Of a DNA stretch of 64,000 nt, positions 61,701 to 64,000 are shown piece after piece. Within the stretch, counting starts at the first letter, position 1, and each line of letters begins with the position of its first letter. Under the pieces are notes generated by a model. The model made no database searches. It had not been told where the DNA came from and saw only the letters and a program-made list of their open reading frames with translations. Made by a program: the position numbers and the translations under genes. The DNA comes from Lingula anatina (lineage: Eukaryota; Animalia; Brachiopoda), in contig CM120647.1 in NCBI GenBank assembly GCA_051362555.1, forward strand, positions 2,480,001 to 2,544,000, read 5' to 3'.

Positions 61701-64000
61701 GACCTATGTGACAGTGCCCAGTCTAAACCCGCCCAGGCCCAGTCTAGGCGCAATGCTGAATAAGTTAATAGGCTCACTAGTTGACAGGGGTGTCATGTGT
61801 AATGAAAACGTTCATATTGATAATAAATATTTGCCACTGCAGCTTTCGAAGGCACGTCATATACATGTATTTCGTAATGCATCAGGTTTAAGTTAAGGTG
61901 TCATTGATATTCATTTAATAACATTTGTATGTCATTATTAGATTATTTTGTAGCAATTTTTTAAAAAGTGGGACAAAAAGGCCACTTTAATCATTTGCAC
62001 AAAATAAGAATATAAAATATTTTAATAATATGTTTATTCATAAAACCCATTTAAAAGGGTAAATTTACACAATAAGATGAATGGAATCCGCCAATCTATA
62101 ATGTTCAGCTAATATGTGAAGATAATAAGTATATATTATATAAGGTAAAGTTAAAAACCAGTCAAATCAGTTATAAAACTCCTGGAAAAAATAAGTTTTC
62201 AGTTTTTTTAATTGCCCTCAGACTCTGTACTTTTAAGTACATTGGTGGCAGTTCCATCCGTTTATAGGGTTAGGTCGCCATACTTTTTTAAAGTCTGGGA
62301 TTGCATGATTAAGTGATCTTAAATTACGTTTTGGAGTATAATGTTTGACTAGTTCCTGAAGGTGAGCGGGTGCTGATTGATGAAAATTGCATTCTTTTCT
62401 TTCCAATAATATACGTGCTCTAAGAGGGCTCTAAGTTCTTTTAAAATTAAAGCTATTGGAAGTAATTTCTCGAGAACAGTATTGAAATAAAAATCAGAAT
62501 ACTTAAGTAAAGTGCTGAAGTTTTTGTGTTATTGTAGCTTAATACCACAATGGAATTCAGCGCTGGTGTTCCACTCCCGTCACAGGCCCGCTCCAGTGTG
62601 AACATGTGGGAGTTGTGTGGCTTCAACCTTCTCGTCCATCATTATAATTTATCAAACAGTAATTCAGACTTTTATATTCCTTTTTTCAACTTATATAACA
62701 GATAGCACATATTTTTATGTTATTTTATGTTGTGCCTCAGTTCTAAGTGAACTCCATTTATCAGCACGGTATCTTTTTATTCAGCATAAAGGGTACTTCA
62801 GATTTTGATAACCTTTTTGGTAGTTCTCTTTCTTCTTTTACACCTGTTAAGATCGTTCCTGATTTAAATGCCAAATGACATGAACTTGTATAGCATATTG
62901 AATGTCCAATGGCAATTTTTGTTCAAACTTTATTTTTCGAAAGTTTCTTTCCCAGGATTTTCCACACCAGTAGAAATATCACTGCTGGGTACGTTTTCAG
63001 AGAAATGGCACAGTTTGTTGGGGGAGACATATTTTATTATGAATTCCACTACATTTACTTGGGAGTTGAATTTCATTGTAAAATTGATCATGGTCACATT
63101 TCTTATATAAGTATATATTTGACATTAGCAATTACAAAATAATATAAACACAGATATTTTATATTTTCAAATAAAATTTTAATTGTTTTTAATCAGTACA
63201 AAGGTAGATGCATTATGTGCTAATTAGATGCAGGAAGAAACTCATTTTAAGACGATCATAAACCCTTCCAGAACCCTTCACACGGTTAATCTCTGACATG
63301 TGCCTTTTGTTCTTATAATAACTATTCTTGAAGTGTATGCAATGCATTATAGACCAGTATGAATATCAAATTCTGAAGATTTCTATGCCCCGATGCAAAT
63401 GAGAAATGTTAAAAAACGGTTTTGAAATATTTAATCACCTTTTATTCAGCATTTTGAATGTAGCAGTCATTGAAAATCTCAGCAAACTTATTAAAGTGAA
63501 CAATTTCATAGTGTACATCTCATGTGAAACTTTCTGGTGGAAATCTACAAGCCATTTTCAGTTCATACACAGACGGCCTACTTCAGTTTAAATACAAAGA
63601 CTGAAAAAATTATGAAGCTGTAAATACATGTCCATTTTTACTTACAACCTGAGACCATGAATTATCATCACTGGTTGGAAAGAAATGGCAACATTTCCTA
63701 GGTCTGGGCCTCAAGTTATAGGGGCTTTCAGAAAATAGGAAAAAAATTTTGAAAATTACAAAAAATAGGAATTTTATTGCAAAAGTATAGGAAAAAATAG
63801 GAATTATTCGCAAGAAAGATTCCCTCTAAACAACCCTAAAGACACACTGGTCTAACACTAAATTGTGTTATTTACTACAAGTAAAGATGCCCTTACTAAT
63901 AGTAAATAACACAATTTAGTGTAACAACAATCATCTGTCTAAAAAACTTTTAAACAACAACACAGTTAACTTTATAATCGATACTGTAACAGTACTGTAA

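Overview
AT-rich, intron-rich animal genomic DNA, probably lophotrochozoan or mollusc-like (inferred from the gene families and transposon types). Most entries in the ORF track are artefacts of repeats. By tracing splice sites and codon phase by hand I reconstructed four spliced genes. (1) The 5' part of a secreted M12B/ADAMTS-like metalloprotease (minus strand, 5812 to <1) with a probable GC-AG intron. (2) A 4-exon, ~205-aa secreted protein (plus strand, 10871-12155), largely missed by the ORF track: signal peptide, 8-Cys module, KEKR site, Asp/Pro-rich repeats and two EF-hands. (3) A mosaic extracellular protein of at least 19 exons and at least 1065 aa (minus strand, 30924-17096): LamG, EGF, (TTQAP)n mucin, C-type lectin, WSC, short fibrinogen-like N-segment, F5/8C, WSC and 3 Sushi domains. 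(4) A complete 15-exon, 641-aa SLC5 sodium:solute symporter of the SMCT/NIS/SMVT group (minus strand, 52676-39278). The most unusual signal is in the SLC5 gene. Two of its introns contain tandem arrays built from its own splice junctions: ~46 copies of an acceptor plus exon start, and 14 copies of an exon end plus donor. The window also holds a decayed CR1/L2-group LINE with TSD, many MITEs and foldbacks (Harbinger-like and 5-bp-TSD types), a head-to-tail dimer of a Helentron/HINE-like element, and several minisatellites. All exon models are manual and unverified by transcript data.
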